This document shows positions 12,611-26,687 of a stretch of 64,000 nucleotides of DNA, piece after piece (the first letter of the stretch is position 1; each line of letters opens with the position of its first letter). This stretch comes from Amoebophrya sp. A120 (Eukaryota; Protista; Dinoflagellata): NCBI GenBank assembly GCA_905178155.1, contig CAJINV010000001.1:8631642-8695641 (forward strand). The letters run 5' to 3'. A program made the position numbers and the translations under genes. Under the pieces are notes generated by a model. The model did no database searches. It saw only the letters and a list, made by a program, of their open reading frames with translations, and was not told the DNA's origin.

Positions 12611-13759
12611 TAGTAAGACTTCCCTAGCGTGTGTGATATTTCGCAAAGATTGTTGTTTCTAAAGCAGAAACCACACAACTATGATCTATCAATGGCGCAC
12701 GCAGAACGGTTCAGTGTTTTTTTCTTGAGATTATCGCAAGGTCGAAGGTACGAGATGAAGATGGCGATGCCAATGCCCACATCAACCCCACTTTTTTTTC
12801 AGCGCGTGGTGTTCTCCGTCGCATGTTTGTTCCTCGTGCTCAAACACTAAAAAGAAGAAAGCGGCCCCCGTTGTCCTATGACGACCCCACTTTTAAGTCC
12901 GAAGCGGCAGCGGTTCGCAGAATTTTTGTGAATCAGCAAGAACGTCGTAGTAGATAGCTTCCGGCCGAGGAAAGCCCTACTAACCTGTTACTGCTCCCTT
13001 CTCTGTGCAAAGGCAAGAACCGCAACCGCGGCTAAAAGCTCTCACTTGAGATGATCTCTCCCGATCCTCTTGTAGTCGCGTAGAAGATCGAGCGGTGGAT
13101 CCTCGTTGTAGAAGGTCTTTCTTGTCCACCCCACGAGGAAAGGACGTGTACTTTTTGCAATGACACTTGGGATGCGCCAGCACCCGATTCACGCTGACAA
13201 CGATAAGTACCCTTGCGGTATGGCAGCTGTATCAGTTCGAAAGCAACAACAGTGCCTGATGCAGCTGCGTATGTTTTTGTGAGTAAGTTGATTTGGACAG
13301 AAAGAAATGAGTCTAGTTTCCGAAATTCCGATAATTGAAGGTCCCCTCCTTCGAAACTCGAACGACAACTACTAACGCATTATAGCATTATAGCATCTGC
13401 GGGTCTCCCTCAACCCTTTCCTCTCATAGTCATTGTCAATCGTTTACTTCACCCGTTTTGCTTTTGTGTATCTTTTCGTTGAAGGTCGATCACGGATATC
13501 CAGCTCTAGATCTACCACGGCATACCCATTTTCAAATGGGTAGACGTAGATGGAAGTGTTGTAGTGTAGACGCGTTACAGAGTAGATCTAGCAGCCTGTA
13601 GTTTCATCATGATGATAATGTAGACTCTGAGGAGAAAATGAAATAAGTAAAGAAATAAAGAAAAAGGGAACAGCAACAGCACTCGTCACGACATATGTTG
13701 CTCGTTGAAAAAAAAATGGCGTAGGATACCGTACCGGTGGCTGAGTAGGCTTCTGGTAA

Positions 13760-15128
13760 ATGGCCGAAGCTTTCCAATCGGACATTCGCATTGACGCGAA
13801 GCAGAAAAGGAATGGCGCACTTTTGAAGAATTTTGCGACAGCCACAACTTGGACAAGCGGCGCTTTTATTCCGTGCTACAAATACAATCCTGAAGGAATC
13901 TTCACAAACTTGAATGTATTGTTCCCAGTGAAGACACCAGTAGAAATAAAGCAAACAACATCGTCACAAAGACCAAAATCGTATCAACTACGGCACGAAA
14001 ACCACGTCGAGAGGAACGTAATCATCGCCCCCCTAGCCCGCGATAATTCGGGAAAATTGCGGCGTCTTCCTCGGGCGTTTCGGCCGGTCTGGCCCGTAGC
14101 CAGGTAGGTGGAGGAGGCAAGCGTTCAGGGAGTCCTAGCAGCCACGACGCGGTGTATCCTGAGCAACAACGTTCCCACGCCAGAGTTATCATGCAGGAGA
14201 TTTGCATTTGATGAGATGCAAAGACAGGAAGACGTGTAAATGTAATGCGTATGCCTACGACGAGGGCCATTTCCGGTCGCGTTAGGGCCATTTCGTAATG
14301 CTGTAAACGCGATGTCGATACATGATTGGCCCTTGCTAAACTGCACTACTACAATAGAGAGAGGAACTTGTCACGCGTGACGCCCAAAGTTCCTGGATTT
14401 GTCTTGCAGATTGCTCATCTTGACTCTGGGGTGGGGACTTTTTTGCTCAGGATACAGTTGTCAGTATGGCTACCCTGTACGTGGAGCTCCGGCACCAGGC
14501 GGACGCGGTCGGCCCCAGTAGAAGTGCTAGCAGCCCCAGCAGTCCTGCAGGATCCTCGGGCGTAGTTCGCCCGGCCGCCGCGGCCGGGGAAGTTGTAGAC
14601 CCGCCAGCGGAAGCAGGCGGGGCAGCGAGAGCAACGCCGAAGGCCGCCGCTACAGGGAACACGAATTTGACGACTAAACAGGAAAATGACCGAATAAGAA
14701 ATACCCCGAGGGTAATCCGCGTGGAATTCCCCGAGAACGACCCGCGGGTGAAGAAAAGTGGGCAGCAGAGGATCATCGAGCGGGAGGCTTTGCTGCTGCA
14801 GTTGGAACGGGACCACGGCATCCCGCCCCTGGCGTGCGATGTGTACGCCAACATTCCGGGCAGACAGGTAAAGGAGCAGGTGGAGGACCGATTTGTATTG
14901 TGCAAAAAGGATCTCAACGCTGATCACGACTCGGACGAGCCGCACAATCCGAAGAGACCCCGGTCCTCGGGCTCTACCGGCGCCAATGGAGCCATGGACG
15001 CGAAGGGTGGAACCGAGGCGGCCAAAGCAGTACCCGTAGCGGGGGCCGCAGCAGAGGCCCCGGCCGCAGTAAAACCGGAGGAGGCGCAGCAGCCGGCGAA
15101 AGAGAAAAAATCTTATGTACTTCGCTGA
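13760..15128 (+). CDS. Hypothetical protein; 5' exon structure uncertain, last exon about 14460-15128
   Basis: Strong GC-rich ORF 14466-15128. Upstream sequence joins either by element excision or by a GT-AG intron 14104-14464 from ORF 13760. Confidence 0.45.
14155..14454 (+). mobile_element. TIR introner B (300 bp, TATCCTG family) with a degenerate TSD
   Basis: 32-bp TIR TATCCTGAGCAACAACGTTCCCACGCCAGAGT with 4 mismatches. Flanks CGGTG/CAGTT. Internal similarity to elements A and F. Confidence 0.85.
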
Positions 15129-15572
15129 TTTGAACTTGTATATTGATTGTAGTACTACTTCTAGATCCGATTCAGCTAACCAAAGAAGGTGACATGCATC
15201 GTGAATCTAGTTGAGAGACATGAATATTGAAGAAATGTGTTTCTAGAATGCTATAAAACTCTCGTACTGCTGTAAACGCGATCGCGCCAAGGAGAATTGA
15301 ACGACGAGCTTGCAGCGTCACACAGAGATTTTTTTTTAACAGGCCTCGAAGATCGTCGACAACGTGCGTACCTTGCGTGGCATGGCAAATAACATGTTCG
15401 GCACTAACGGCGACGCCCAGGACCAGCTCTCCACACGGCCGAATAGTGGTATTCTGCTACTGTCGGACAGTTTATTCATTGGGTTGGAAAATTTTGAAGG
15501 GAGACCGACAAAGAGAAATACGATGCATGACCAACTTGAACATAGAGATTAAGGCCTCTTCAAACACAAGGT

Positions 15573-17415
15573 ATGAGCACCCGGCCCAGCACGGCGGGCA
15601 CGGCGGAGTTTCCCGTCGAAGGTAAAATTGTGTACGACCTCAAGACAAAGCACCTCTTGACAAGAGGCAAAACTATAGATACAAAGGCATGGATTCCCAT
15701 TGACCTCTTCTGCTCCGCTGCGCCTGGGGATCTTGCGACCCAGATCAACAGCATCATGGCCATCGGCGACATCGCAGAACACTGCAAGGCTTACGTACAG
15801 AAAATTGAAATTGCATTTTGATTTCACAGTAGACGACCCGACAGTGACGACAGAGACGCAGACTTCAATAATTGTCATTGCTGCTTTTTTTTACTAGCAG
15901 GGAAAGTAAGAATCTGAATCACAATCAATTGTGACAATGAATATGAACCCTTTCCAGGTGTATCTGCGCCTCTGGACAGAATCGTATGGCGAGGAACTTT
16001 GGGCCAGAGTAGAAGAGCCACTTACCAAAGAGGATCAAGAGATCGGCCTGGCAAAGGATACGATCAACCAGATTCACAAAAGTGAATTTGTACGGGAAAA
16101 CAAAGCCCATCCCTAACACGACCGCGCACGAATAAACTTGCATAGGTCAACATGCTTGCAGTAGTCTCACACATGCGACGAGGGCCGACTGGCTCGTTAA
16201 ATTCCTTCGTGTATGGTATCATGTCGTCGTGTATCGAGGGTCCCGGGAGCTTGAGCAATCAAGAACTTCTTGTGCGCGAGTTGTATGCCGCGATGGACTA
16301 GGTTTTTGTTGATAATATTTTCCGAACAACATGCTTCAGCCGATATCGGAGTACTTCATAGCGGGCGCCTCGAAGAATCGCAGTCATTATCTCATGCAAG
16401 AGTACCAGTATACGCCGCCCACCGCGGAAGAAAAGGACGACCCCACCCTGGGGGAGGCCGCAAGGGAACGAGCGAGAGCTGGGCGTGAGCAACTTACGTA
16501 CCATGAGTTCTTGCGGTGCGTGTTCTTGTCCACCATGGAGGTCTCGAACGATTTTCAGAATGCGCACTGGAAAGACATGCCCAGTCTCAAGCCCATGCAG
16601 CTGGCCTGTCTGGTATACCGACCTCTGGCTGAAATTTGCAGAGTCATCGGGTACTATAGTCTTGTACGCAGTTCGTTTTGTTGTAAAAACTTTTCTTCGA
16701 CGTCGTTTAACACAAGCACAAAATAATCCTCGCAGAAAGGGAAAAACTGCACCATAATAAATGCACCATGACCACCAGTTTCCAGTTTGCGTTTATTTTT
16801 GTTTTATCTGGTGGGTGCCCAGCCAGCGCAAGCCCGTACAATAATTTTCCATCATGTTCATGCAGCTTTGGCCGCCGAGTGCTTCAGATCCTCATCAATG
16901 CGCCCAAGGACGCGGACATCGCTGTGCAGGACCGCTATAAGTACCTGGGAAGGACTAAGAAGGGAAAACCCGTGTGCACGGAAGAGCCCTGGCACATGTG
17001 CACCCCTGAGTGGAGGAAGAAAAAGCTGCGGGAATACTTCAAACTCGGTATGCATTTCGGCACGTCCTCGTTGATCATGACTGTGATTGCGTGCCATTTT
17101 CTTTTTCCCCCCTCGTATGCGTAGATTGCGATCAGCTTTGTCTATCCCTTTGCGTTTGTTTTTGGTTCGAAGCTCACGTTGCTCCGCACTCCTGATCTTG
17201 ATGTTGTTCAGAGCCAAGAATTATGAAGAGATGCTTTTATTCATCTACTCATTTCCACAGGAACCGAAGCAGGTCATCGTGTCGACTTCTGGGACCAAGG
17301 GCTGACATCGACACCAATACAAGTGTACGAATTGGCGACTGCAATCCTTCACTGCTTGTATCTCAATTCCGGAATCTTTCCCGCTTCATCAACTGCAGCG
17401 ACGAATGCGTACTAA
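15573..17415 (+). CDS. Hypothetical five-exon protein
   Basis: Putative in-frame introns 15789-15957 (GC-AG), 16105-16339 (GC-AG), 16643-16887 and 17048-17260 (GT-AG); stop TAA 17413-17415. No recognised domain. Confidence 0.5.
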
Positions 17416-17681
17416 AATGAGTTGGTGTTCTTGTAGAGCAGGAGCTTTCTGTAATAATATCACGGCTGTGATGTACATCTAGTTCAAATACGGAAATGGA
17501 CCTATACAATAGATACCAATCGACTTTAACCCGAATCACGGTTGAATCTCAATAAACTTCCTGGTTGGGCGATGGAGACAATGAAAAAAGAACTTGAACA
17601 AGCAGTACGCTAAAACTGCGACAAGAGCACGATCATTTTTGCTCCCCTCCTCGCTTTTCGCAGCGAAGAAGGTAAGAAGTG

Positions 17682-19552
17682 ATGAACCTTTCATTTCTTA
17701 TGGACCAAAAAAACCACTGCAGAGCTTCGTCTCCGGTGTCGCTCGGCACACCGACAAGTACCAATAACGCGCAGCTTTTTCCGGGGGCCGCGACCAGCGG
17801 ACTGGTGAGCGAAGATGTCGAGATGACCGCTGCGGGCAGCGAGTTTATTTCGTGCGACGAGGGAAGCACGGCGACGAGCCAGACCAAGGAGGCTGCTGCG
17901 GCCACCGCAGCGGCCAAGGCAAGGAGGAGAAAGTACCTGCAGATTTTGCTTCCCGACTACGCCCGGCTAGTGTTAAACTTGGTCGCGGAGCACAAAGAGG
18001 CGCAAAGGCACAAGCAAAACAGCTACAACAGAGGTGGTAATAACCGACAGGACGACGAGCAGCGAGAAAAGGTGTACAAGAGCCTGATGAAGCAGACGAG
18101 GGAGCTGGTCGAGAAGCTCTGCAAAAGTCTCCCCGCAGGTGAGCCCGCAGCGGTGAGCGCCAAGGCCTCTCCGGTAAGTAAAGCGGCTAGTAGCGCCGGC
18201 GCATCCAAAGACAGCGCCGCTGGTAGCGGGGGACCTCCCTCGGTCGAACAAACACAACTGGAGGCAGGGTTGCTGCTCGCGTTGGAAGACGCACCTATGT
18301 TGCGGCTCAAGGATTTTATCGACGTAGCTACCCTGGTCATGTGGGTCGAGGGAAAGCAGGACAGCGAAGGTTGGCAGAAAACAAGGCAAACCTTCCTGAA
18401 AGTGCTCTTCAAGCGAACGGTATTAATACAAATTCATGATAGAGACCGATGTTGATGGTCGTCCCTCGTCGTGATTCGATCGTAAGCTGAATTTTTGTGC
18501 TCTGAACCAATGGGACTATCACCATTTTTGCGCACAGTTCTTGTAGTAAGAAAAGACTGCTGCAATAATTGCAAACTGCTGCAAATGCAATTGCAAACAG
18601 TCAAATCGTGCGAACTTTGAAAATCAAAAGCCTTTTTGAGGTAAAACATTTATGACTGTGTGTCACAGGCGAACCATTTTTGCACGGAGGCCGACAAAGT
18701 GATCAAATGGGAAAAGAAAGTGAAGGTGGACGAGGTGGAGGACTTGTGTGGAAAAATCGAGAAAATGCCACCACCCTTCCAGGAGTACAATGCGAGCAGG
18801 GCACGGTTCGATAAGCAAAGGGCGCACCGCTGCGAACATGTATTGCCAACTAGATTTTGCTTTGTTTTTCGGGAACTCACAAGTAGAGTATAAGGCGAAA
18901 TAAACGAATGACTTGGAATGCCATCCTCAGCGCCGAAAATGAATTAAGTAAGTAATTCGGGTGGTACAGAAACCGCGTTGAGTTTTGTTATGCTGACCGT
19001 AGGAATCGTAATCGAAATGAAAAAACGTTTTAGGACCGCGTTCTGTCCGCGTTTCATTACGAATGGAGCAGTGCAGATTTTTTCACCATGCACTGGATTT
19101 TGGACGTGGACAAGTTCGGCATTGTGACGCAGGCGTGGAAGGATGATATGGCTCACCGCATCTTTGAAAAGACGGAACAGGAGCGAGTGCGCCGGTTTAC
19201 CACGGGCGGCCAGGATGGATGGGATCAGTGGTGCGTGGTGATATACGACAGAATCAAGGAAAGACTGAGCGGTGCGCAAGATCAGGTCGCCTTGCTTTCC
19301 GATATCATCCAAACCGGGCACCAGAACTTTTCGGTTACTCTTGCCCTGAAAAATGGCAATCCCTCGTACGGGGACCCGGCGACACACTACAAAAATATGT
19401 TGCGCCGCGACTTCGGAGAAAATATCCGGAGTATCAAGCATAACGACGGTGAAGAAGAAAAGACCAGCTCGAACGAACAGCAAATGGAGGTCGAGAACAT
19501 GGACACCCCAACAAACGTCATTGGACCGCAGCTCCCGCCGATGGAGGATTGA
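17682..19552 (+). CDS. Hypothetical multi-exon protein
   Basis: ORF segments 17682-~18419, ~18669-~18795 and ~19077-19552 separated by AT-richer intron-like spacers; the second donor is unresolved. Confidence 0.55.
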
Positions 19553-20666
19553 ACGGGAGTTGCGATTTTCTCCTCAATGATAAAGATATAGGAATGAAAG
19601 CGGCACGGCCACTTGCAAGTGGCTTCTTTAAACCACGTCGGCTACTATTTGACTACAGATTGATTTTTACGCTAGATTGATTATGACATCACCTTTTCAT
19701 GGTTTATTTCTGTCTGTCTCTCTGTTACCTACTTACGAAGAACAGACGCTCGGTTTTTCTCAGTTTTATTTGGGTCACTTGTGCGACGAAAACGGTTTAT
19801 TTTGAAAGCGCGAAGGTAAACATTTTGCGAACAAAAATTCCCAGCAACATTGGGTGGCACGTTGGTTGGTATGAATTGCCTATCACATATTAGCGACATG
19901 GTATCATGGTTCAAAGAAAGAATTTCGAACTACGAAATGTATTTTTGTGTACTACGCAACTTCCACAACCTTCAGAAAAGGATTTTTCTTCACCACATAG
20001 TTCGATACTTAAATGAAATCCGTATCTGACCATGTGATAGGGAAAGAATGAATAATGACATGACAACATCATCCCTGACTTTTTTCGCTACGAAGGAATG
20101 ACGTTGTAGGCAAAGACAGGAGAAATGTTTCATCCCTCACGAAAAGCTTTCGCCCACCGAAGAATTTGCACGACCGAACAAGCATTTTTACCATGCGGAG
20201 AGTTCCAAGCAGGGACAGGGTATCTGTTCAGCCTCTCGATGGACGCAGCCGCGCGCGTCGTCCTTTCGATGACTTTATGCAAATTTTTAATGGAGCCTGA
20301 ACTTTGCCTTTGGCGCCTGCGTTTCAAGGAACTTATGGAGTCTCATGGAATGCGAAAGCGATATTCGTGGTGGTCATCGTGAAGCGTCGAAAGTAACCAG
20401 GAGGATTGCTGATGAACCTAAGGACACGATTTTTGTTTGCAACGTTTATACCACATCATAACCATTTTTTCACCATTGCTCGCACACTGATTTAATCATG
20501 ATCTTCTTACCCAGGAACCAGGCCTGTAGCGAAGTAATGTAAGAAAAACAACGGGTGGAGCCAGTTGCTTTTTGACGTTTTGTGCATATAATTCTCGACG
20601 CCTGTCTAATGAAATATTATGTCGCCAGCATGTGTATTAAGTGAGTAAGAAAGTCAAAGTATCTTG

Positions 20667-23600
20667 ATGGTCGTTGCCAAGTCCGCGGGGCCTTCATCGC
20701 CCGAGATGAGTATAGCGGAGCGCATTTCCTCGTGCTCGAGCTCGTCCACCGGTGAGCCTCCGGGCCTACCGCGAGAGGAACGCACCGCGAGCGGTGTGAT
20801 TGTAGAGAGTGCGACACAGCTTCCCCCAGATCCAGTCCGGAGTAGAAGCGGTAGCAAGTCGCGTCACTCGCTCGCCGCGATGCTGGCGCCACAGCAACAC
20901 TCTTCCAGGTAAGTAAGTATGCGGTTCCCGTATCCATCTGGCTTTCTGTGACTACTTTTATTTTTCGGGGAATGCGATTGCGATCCTTCATCCTTGCATT
21001 TGGATCTGCTTTCTTTGTATCCGAGCTTGTTCGGGAAATGAAAAAATGCTCGTGCCTCGTGCTTGTCTGTCTTCTTCTTCACCCAAGATCAAGAACAAAA
21101 CTTGCAACCATTGTAGGGCAGGACCCGTTTCTGAAACGCAGTACGTTGGGAGTGGATGTCGAAAATGCGGGCTTGCCATTGCCACCGGGGTGCCCTTCAT
21201 AATCGAAAGCCTCTCCGGGGATCGCTACCACCAGGAGTGCTTTCTCTGCATTGCTTGCGGGAAGCAGGTAGTCCAAATCCAAAAAGCTTAGCACAACTGT
21301 TGACTAGCGCTCTTGGAAATGAATGCGTAGTTTGAACGTAATATTTCTCTTTCTACTGGACAAGTTCTTCTTGTAAACAAAGTTAATGCCACCTGCTTCA
21401 TCTCGTCTCACGTCGAGCATATGCATATCGATATGTATCAGGTTGACGGAGTGGAGTACAAGCCAACGCCTGAGGGCCCGCAGTGCCTCGAGTGCGCGCT
21501 TCCCCAGTGCCACCAGTGCAAAAATCTGATTCTTGGCACGGTGTGCATCGCGAAAACGCCAGACAACGAGGAGCTGCACTTTCACACGCAGTGCCTGCGG
21601 TGCATCAAGTGCGGACACGGGATCCAGCACAAATACAAAGCGGGCCCCGACGGGTTCCTCTGTCGCAGCTGTGCCAACCCGCACTGCGAGCGCTGCCGGA
21701 AGATCATCGACGGCGGGAGTCAGTACTTTTTGGACGCAGCCACGAAGGCCCCGACGTGCGCCGATTGCCACCGTGCGCTAGTTGGAGCGCCGTCCTCCGC
21801 GGAGCTGCAGTATCCGAGCGCGACCACGGAGGTGACAACGACCACCACGCGCAGCAGAACGCCGCTGGATCAGAATTTATTTCCAATGTCCTCGAGCAGC
21901 TCGTCCTCCTCGAGAGCGGGTCCCGGATTTATTTTCCCATCGACGGGAAAAAGTGCCACTTCAACGACGACCACCAGGGCGGAGCGGCGCCCGGTCAGCA
22001 CGGCCTACTACGCGGTTGTGGCTCCGCCGGAGAGCAACGTGGTTCTGTACGATGAGGATTTGATTGAGCAAAAAGCGGAGGACGGAGTTGTTCCTATTAG
22101 AGAGGCGGAACAACCCGCTGCTGCCCCCGTGTCCTCTACGACGTTCACCACAACGACAGTAGAACATCAGAACCCCACTTCGCACGAGCCAGGGAGGCCG
22201 ACGAGGCCTGTCAACAACAACATCCCTGATGCAGGAGATGAAGCTAGTGGGTCCTATCCAAGGTACGTGCTGGAGGAACAGAAACAGACGTTCACCTCGT
22301 CAAATCCCGGGGCTCCGGACCGTGGCTTCGACAGCGCGCCTACCTTCGCGCCGCCGCTCTCATCCGCATCAACAGCCCGCGTGTACAACTATCGCACTGT
22401 AGACGGCCCGCCGGCACAGATACCGTTGCACCAGCCCCGGCCTAACGATATTAATAGAGATTTCAATGGGGCGCCGTGCGGTCCTCGCGACCGAAGTGAA
22501 ATGCCGTCAAGTTCTTTCGCGCGGCACGACGAGCAAGTCGTCCAGCACGAATTTGCTCCTCCTCTGTCCTCTAGACGGGGATCAGTGGAACTAGTGGAAG
22601 TGCGCACGGTTCCACGCGCCACACAGCAGGTGGTCCGGCAGCAAGGTTGTGAAACCATCACGACTGCGGAACCGCAGAGAGCAGTGACTGAAGAGGTGAC
22701 ACGGGTGCTCCCGAAAAGCAATGCTCGGACCGGTGTTGAACCTCCACCGGTTCTCGTGAGGAGGGAAGAACATTTCACGAGTTTGACTGCGAACGGACAG
22801 CCGCCGCGTGGTGCTAATATCGCATCACCGCGGACAAGTGTTGGGACTGGCACTGCAGAGCGAGCCGTCTTTCTCCCGCCCAGCCGAGAGCCTGTAGTAT
22901 CCACTGCCCGCACGGCTCCTTCCCGTGGTCCACCCAGGGCAACGCCGGTGGAGTTCAGTTCTAGCACAACGACTACTTCTTACGGCGCCCCGCAGCTTCC
23001 GTCTCGGCACGAGCGCGGCACCGACTTCTACCCGGAAAAAAGTCGCCCAGCTGCAGCGGTTCCACCAGAGTACACCAGCACCACGACACGGGAAGTGCTT
23101 CTCGACACCACGCCCCGCCCGCGAGCAGTCGATCATCAGCCCGTCGTACGGACTTACCCGCCGTCGTCGTTCCCCAGCGGCCGCCCGCGAGGACCTGCGC
23201 AGGAGTACAACTTCTATGCGCGTCCAGAAGTGGCTGTGGCGCAGCCCCAGCCCGGACCCGGGGTTCTGGGGACCGAGCATACAACGGCCTCGTACCCGCC
23301 TCCGTCGAGGTCGTCTGCACCGCCCACCACATACGCCTATGCCCCAGAAACCGGATTGCATGCACACCATGAAGATGATGGAGCAGCCTATAATAATCGG
23401 GGAGACCTACTACGACCTGACGAACACTTGATGTTCCCTGGAACGAGACGCAGTAGCAAAGATACAGATGAGCAGACCCGATTCTACTATCCGACGAATC
23501 CGCTTCCGCACACAGTTGTGCACGATCAGTCGGAAGCCTTCCCCTTTCAGGGAGAGGCACCACCAACGAGTTCCTACGGCGCTCCTGGGAATCCGCCGCG

Positions 23601-24816
23601 GCATGCACCGCCCGACTTCGCGCACTACAATCATTTCGATACTGCGAGGACGGGTGAGCAGCTACCATCGTATCCGGTTCGCGCGGCGCCGCCGCCTCCT
23701 TCGGAATCATACCACTATGGCCAGCACCAGCTCCCGGTGGAGCACTCCACCCGAGAAGTCGTATACTACACCCCGCCACCGCCCCCAGAGCGAGCTATTG
23801 TTCCAGACAACGGAAGAACAACTCAACACGCGTCCTATCCGCCTGTGCCGCCGCAACAGCCGACGAGTGCTGCTCATCCTCACCCGCCGCCATCGAGCAG
23901 ACAGCACAACTACAGCCAGGAAATTTTTCACCACGCGCCGCCGGCGCCGCACTTTTACACGACGACGCACGTCCAGCACCAGCCGCATCCGTACAACCCA
24001 GCACCCGGCGCAATGCGCCCGGTAACGCGGACGCAATCGTACGAGTATTACCAACCGGCCCCGGAACAGCACGAGGACGAGGGTCCCGTGACGTTCTTTG
24101 CTCCAGATGGGAGGCTTTTCCAGGAGGTGGATCCCAGCAGCATGCATGCGCCCGGTCCTGCTCGCAGCAAAAGCCGTTCGAAGACGAAAAAGCGTCGGGA
24201 ACAGGAGCGTGCCAGCAGCCGCTCCAGGTCTTCTTCATCTTTGGGTTCTCCGACCAGGAGGTCGTCGTCGTCCCGCCGGCGCGGGCGGAGAAGATACGGC
24301 TCGGGCCGAAGAGGCGGCGGAAATCACCGCGGCGGTAGTAGTAGGCGCCGGCGTCGTGGGGACAATCGCGACGGAGAAGAATTATTTGGAGATCCCAGAA
24401 GTACTAGAGGGCACAAATACAACGACCAAAATTATGATCCGTATTGCGACGACTGGGCGGACCAAGCAGGCAATTCGCGCAATCCGACGCCGCCGACGAC
24501 TACAAGCACGCAGGCCAGCAGCGGGCCGCGATGGAGCGGCAGGTTCAACGACGAAAACGTGTTTGACGCAGCAGCTTCATCTCAGATGAACAAGGAAAAT
24601 GTCCGCAATCATGCGGCTGAGGGCAATTATAGCAACAACTCTGGTGCAGCCGGCGCATTCGGGTCGCAGGGCGCCCAAAAAGCGGCCTCGCCTGCGGACC
24701 TTCAGGAGCACGAATTTCTGACGCGACTACAGAGCCAGAAAACTTCAAATGCGCGGCTGCTCGGACCATTTATCGGTCCTCCTCCCCCCGGGGCGAGAAT
24801 CGTGCCCGCTTTTTGA
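20667..24816 (+). CDS. LIM-domain protein with a long Pro/Ser/Thr-rich tail
   Basis: GT-AG introns 20909-21116 and 21268-21441. LIM patterns CRKC..HQECFLCIAC..CLEC and CHQC..HTQCLRCIKC..CRSC, plus a further CERC..CADC zinc pair. Confidence 0.8.
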
Positions 24817-25201
24817 AGATGTTTCAAGCGTTCTTGTGTCCGAGCATGCACTCCACCGAGTTTCTATGAACCAAATTTTGAAGCCGCGAATTTCTGTACC
24901 TGCCATACAGCATAAAAATCCACTTTCTTTTTCATCGTCCGTTCTAGAAGTGTTCTGTTTCTAGTGCACTTCCGTAGCTGTGTCCGCGGACGCGGCTTTT
25001 TCTTCGACTCAGTCGGTTTTTCATGATCTATCAGTACGTGCGGTATCCGTGTTCTCTGCAAGATCACAATTGTTGTCTTAGGTGAACATCAATTCCCCTT
25101 CTCGTCGAAGATCTTGGGATCAGTACGTAGTTTCTCCTAACCTAGTCTGGAAATATTTTCGTGTCTTCCACACCTTGTGACAACTAGAATTCGTAAACGG
25201 G

Positions 25202-26305
25202 ATGGCCGATCCTGATCTTCCCCGGCTTGCCCTTTCGTATTTGAAAGACCTTGGCATACTTCGTGGGGAATACAAGATTCCCTTACCGGTCGCATCGAAG
25301 CAAAAAGCGCAATCGAGCAGTTCCACGACTGCAGGTGCAGGTACAACTACGTTTTGCTTTTGTTGGGCCAAAATATTGGCTGCAAGATGCATGCAGAAAG
25401 TCTCCATGCTTACGTTGTACTCAATTTACCCTCTTTCCAGGAGGAGGCTCTACCGCGAGCGCAGCCGCCGCGCCTGTGGTCGCAGAACCAGCATCAGCGC
25501 AGAGTCATGCTGGTCCTCGTCGGCGTTCAGTAACGCTGCTGACAAAAACGAGCAGCTGTCGCGTGTACCTCGAACCAAAACCCGAGGGGCTTTCCCCCGA
25601 AAAGCTCCAGAGCACTTTGCTCACTTTTCTGTTCACTGGTCTTGCTGCGCAGGAGCAGCGTGATGCTGTGGGAATAAAGCCGATGCAAGATGACGGCCTA
25701 CGAGGAGCAGTGGCCTCTTTCCAAGTCACCTTTAGGAGTGCAACCGATCGGTTTCTGTGCCAACGGGCGCTGAGTTGCAAGCGTCTGTACGGAGGAAAAA
25801 CGGCAAGCACGGTGCGGTTCGAAGATGCAATTTTGGATTGCGGGTTGTGCCAACTTTATCCGCGGCTGGATTTGGGTTTTTCAGACACGGCTGGTGCTCT
25901 GGAAGCTAACGACGGAAATGACACCGACAAACTCTATGCAGGTAAATGTAAAAGATACCGACATGTTGTTCCTTGAAGATTTGAGTCTGATGAACTTGAA
26001 GCAGTGAGGGTAAGCGAGTACAGGCAAACTTAGTTTGGCTACACAAAGAACATCTTCTTCTATTCCTTTTGTCTCCACTTACAGCCTCGGCTCTGGTAGT
26101 GGCGAACGTTCCCCCAGACTCTTCGGTCGATATGGTGAAGAAGTTCCTGCAAAGTGGTGGTGCCGACCTTGCTGCAGTGACAATATTGCGTCCAGGGGTC
26201 ATGCGCGCCACGTGGAACTCTGGGAAAGCAGCATTTCTCTGTCGGCGGGCACTTTCGGGCAAAAAGATTGGTGACAGGCATATCGCGTTTCGCGCAGCAG
26301 CTTGA
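25202..26305 (+). CDS. Protein with degenerate RRM-like domains (three exons)
   Basis: In-frame GT-AG introns 25341-25440 and 25942-26084. Last exon LVVANVPPDSSVDMVKKFL..ALSGKKIGDRHIAF resembles an RRM fold; a similar RALSxK motif occurs in exon 2. Confidence 0.5.
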
Positions 26306-26687
26306 AGTAAGTTGTAGAAGAAAGAAGTAGATTAAGATCGCTAATAGAAACCAGAAAACTAAAGTAATGACTGTCAACAGGACCAAGAAGGTGGCGATCC
26401 TTTGAGAGGAAATATTTGCCCGATGACGCTGCTGCGATGGTCCTGTTCTGGGAGTAAAAATAGGGAGAAGAAACGCCACAGAAGCAAAAAAAAAAGCAAC
26501 ATTGACTACTGAAAAAATAGATGTCGCAGAGGTTGAGCGTATGTGTATGATTTACTTATTTGAATCACCGATGTAAACAAGGCAGGGTTTATATTCGCCG
26601 AATTGCTATTTTTGACGATTGCTCCTCATCCTCTTCCTCTTACAGATCGCGAAAGCGAGGTAGTACCACGTAGCTAACTGGAATAAA

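Noticed and set aside
13507-13592. Short inverted repeats (CTAGATCTAC/GTAGATCTAG and TACCCATTT/AAATGGGTA) in a spacer
   Set aside because: No TSD, no second copy seen and partly self-palindromic; not enough to call an element.
13710-13895. Protein-like alternative frame interrupted by TGA, suggesting stop-codon reassignment
   Set aside because: Other genes end normally at TAA, TAG or TGA and have kilobase-long stop-free ORFs, so the standard code fits.
13977-14050. TATC...GATA segment flanked by AATCG/ATTCG as an eighth introner
   Set aside because: Only a 4-bp inverted match, no internal motif, and removal is not needed to keep the frame.
19608-19623. Perfect 16-bp palindrome GCCACTTGCAAGTGGC downstream of a stop codon
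   Set aside because: About one such palindrome is expected by chance in 64 kb, and there is no supporting context.
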